This document shows positions 63,538-64,000 of a stretch of 64,000 nt of DNA, in pieces (positions within the stretch are counted from its first letter, which is position 1; each line of letters starts with the position of its first letter). The translations under genes were made by a program, and so were the position numbers. Source of the DNA: Longimicrobiales bacterium. GTDB lineage: Bacteria > Gemmatimonadota > Gemmatimonadetes > Longimicrobiales > Gaopeijiaceae. The stretch spans positions 416,001-480,000 of the forward strand of contig CBDCKN010000009.1 of NCBI GenBank assembly GCA_965218295.1. Reading direction: 5' to 3'. Below the pieces are notes generated by a model that was not told the DNA's origin, ran no database searches, and was given only the letters and a program-made list of their open reading frames with translations.

Positions 63538-64000
63538 CCCTCTCTGCCAACTTACGTGAGACACAGAGCAGCTAAGGAATTAGAGTAGGGCGAAGGCAGA
63601 GAAACCGAGGATGCTGAGACACCGTGAGAGAATGAAAGAGAATGGAATAGCCCCACCAACCTGGGACGGTAAGCGAAGCGCGGCAGCTCCTGCGGACTCG
63701 GAGGTGGTAGATAGGCCGCTGCGCCGGCGGTTCGCTCCGTCGTACAAGCTGCGGATCGTCGAAGAAGCGGACCGGTGCACGGAGCCCGGAGAGGTTGGCC
63801 GACTCCTACGGCGGGAGGGCTTGTACTCGTCGCACCTGACGACATGGCGCAAGGCGGCGCATAGCGGGTCCCTGAAAGCGCTGTCGAAGAAACGAGGCCG
63901 TAAGCGCGAGCGCAATCCGCTGGAGGAGAAGGTGCGCAAGCTGGAGCGCGAGAACACTCGCCTCGAGAAGGAGCTCCAGAAGGCGCACTTGATCATCGAC
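63538..64000 (+). mobile_element. IS3-family element copy 4, cut by the window end (orfA from 63611)
   Basis: Matches the left part of copy 2. Confidence 0.93.

Overview
GC-rich bacterial chromosome segment, most likely Gemmatimonadota (inferred from the 'MSDAITRLNAALEGRYAIERELGEGGMATVYLAED' kinase family and the PadR + duplicated-permease pairs; not provable here). Housekeeping and accessory genes (sahR-like regulator + ahcY, hemB-hemE, CDF transporter, a sulfur-detox-like operon, a three-gene phospholipid operon) alternate with two IS-rich islands at about 17.0-39.3 kb and 56.6-64 kb. The first island contains tRNA-Ile(GAT) and tRNA-Ala(TGC) facing each other with no rRNA, an integrase remnant, an IS1111-type IS110 element, an IS481, an IS3-family copy and four IS256-family insertions (one nested). 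It also carries a fragmented large gene ending in a PD-(D/E)XK-like nuclease domain and an intact module of an amino-DNA methyltransferase, a GHKL/MORC-like ATPase and a small partner protein. Main observations: (1) the non-coding end of the IS1111-type element contains guides that match both flanks of its own insertion site and its donor junction, i.e. a readable bridge/seek RNA; (2) a Tam41-like nucleotidyltransferase sits between an acyltransferase and a CDP-alcohol phosphatidyltransferase; (3) the GHKL ATPase/methyltransferase module is a candidate defence system; (4) an IS3-like element carries conserved 7-bp extensions outside its TG...CA repeats and tandemly duplicated ends; (5) a family of CTAG-bounded miniature palindromic repeats. 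Many accessory genes are frameshifted or truncated, which may reflect decay, assembly indels or both. All protein family calls come from motif recognition by eye; no database searches were run.
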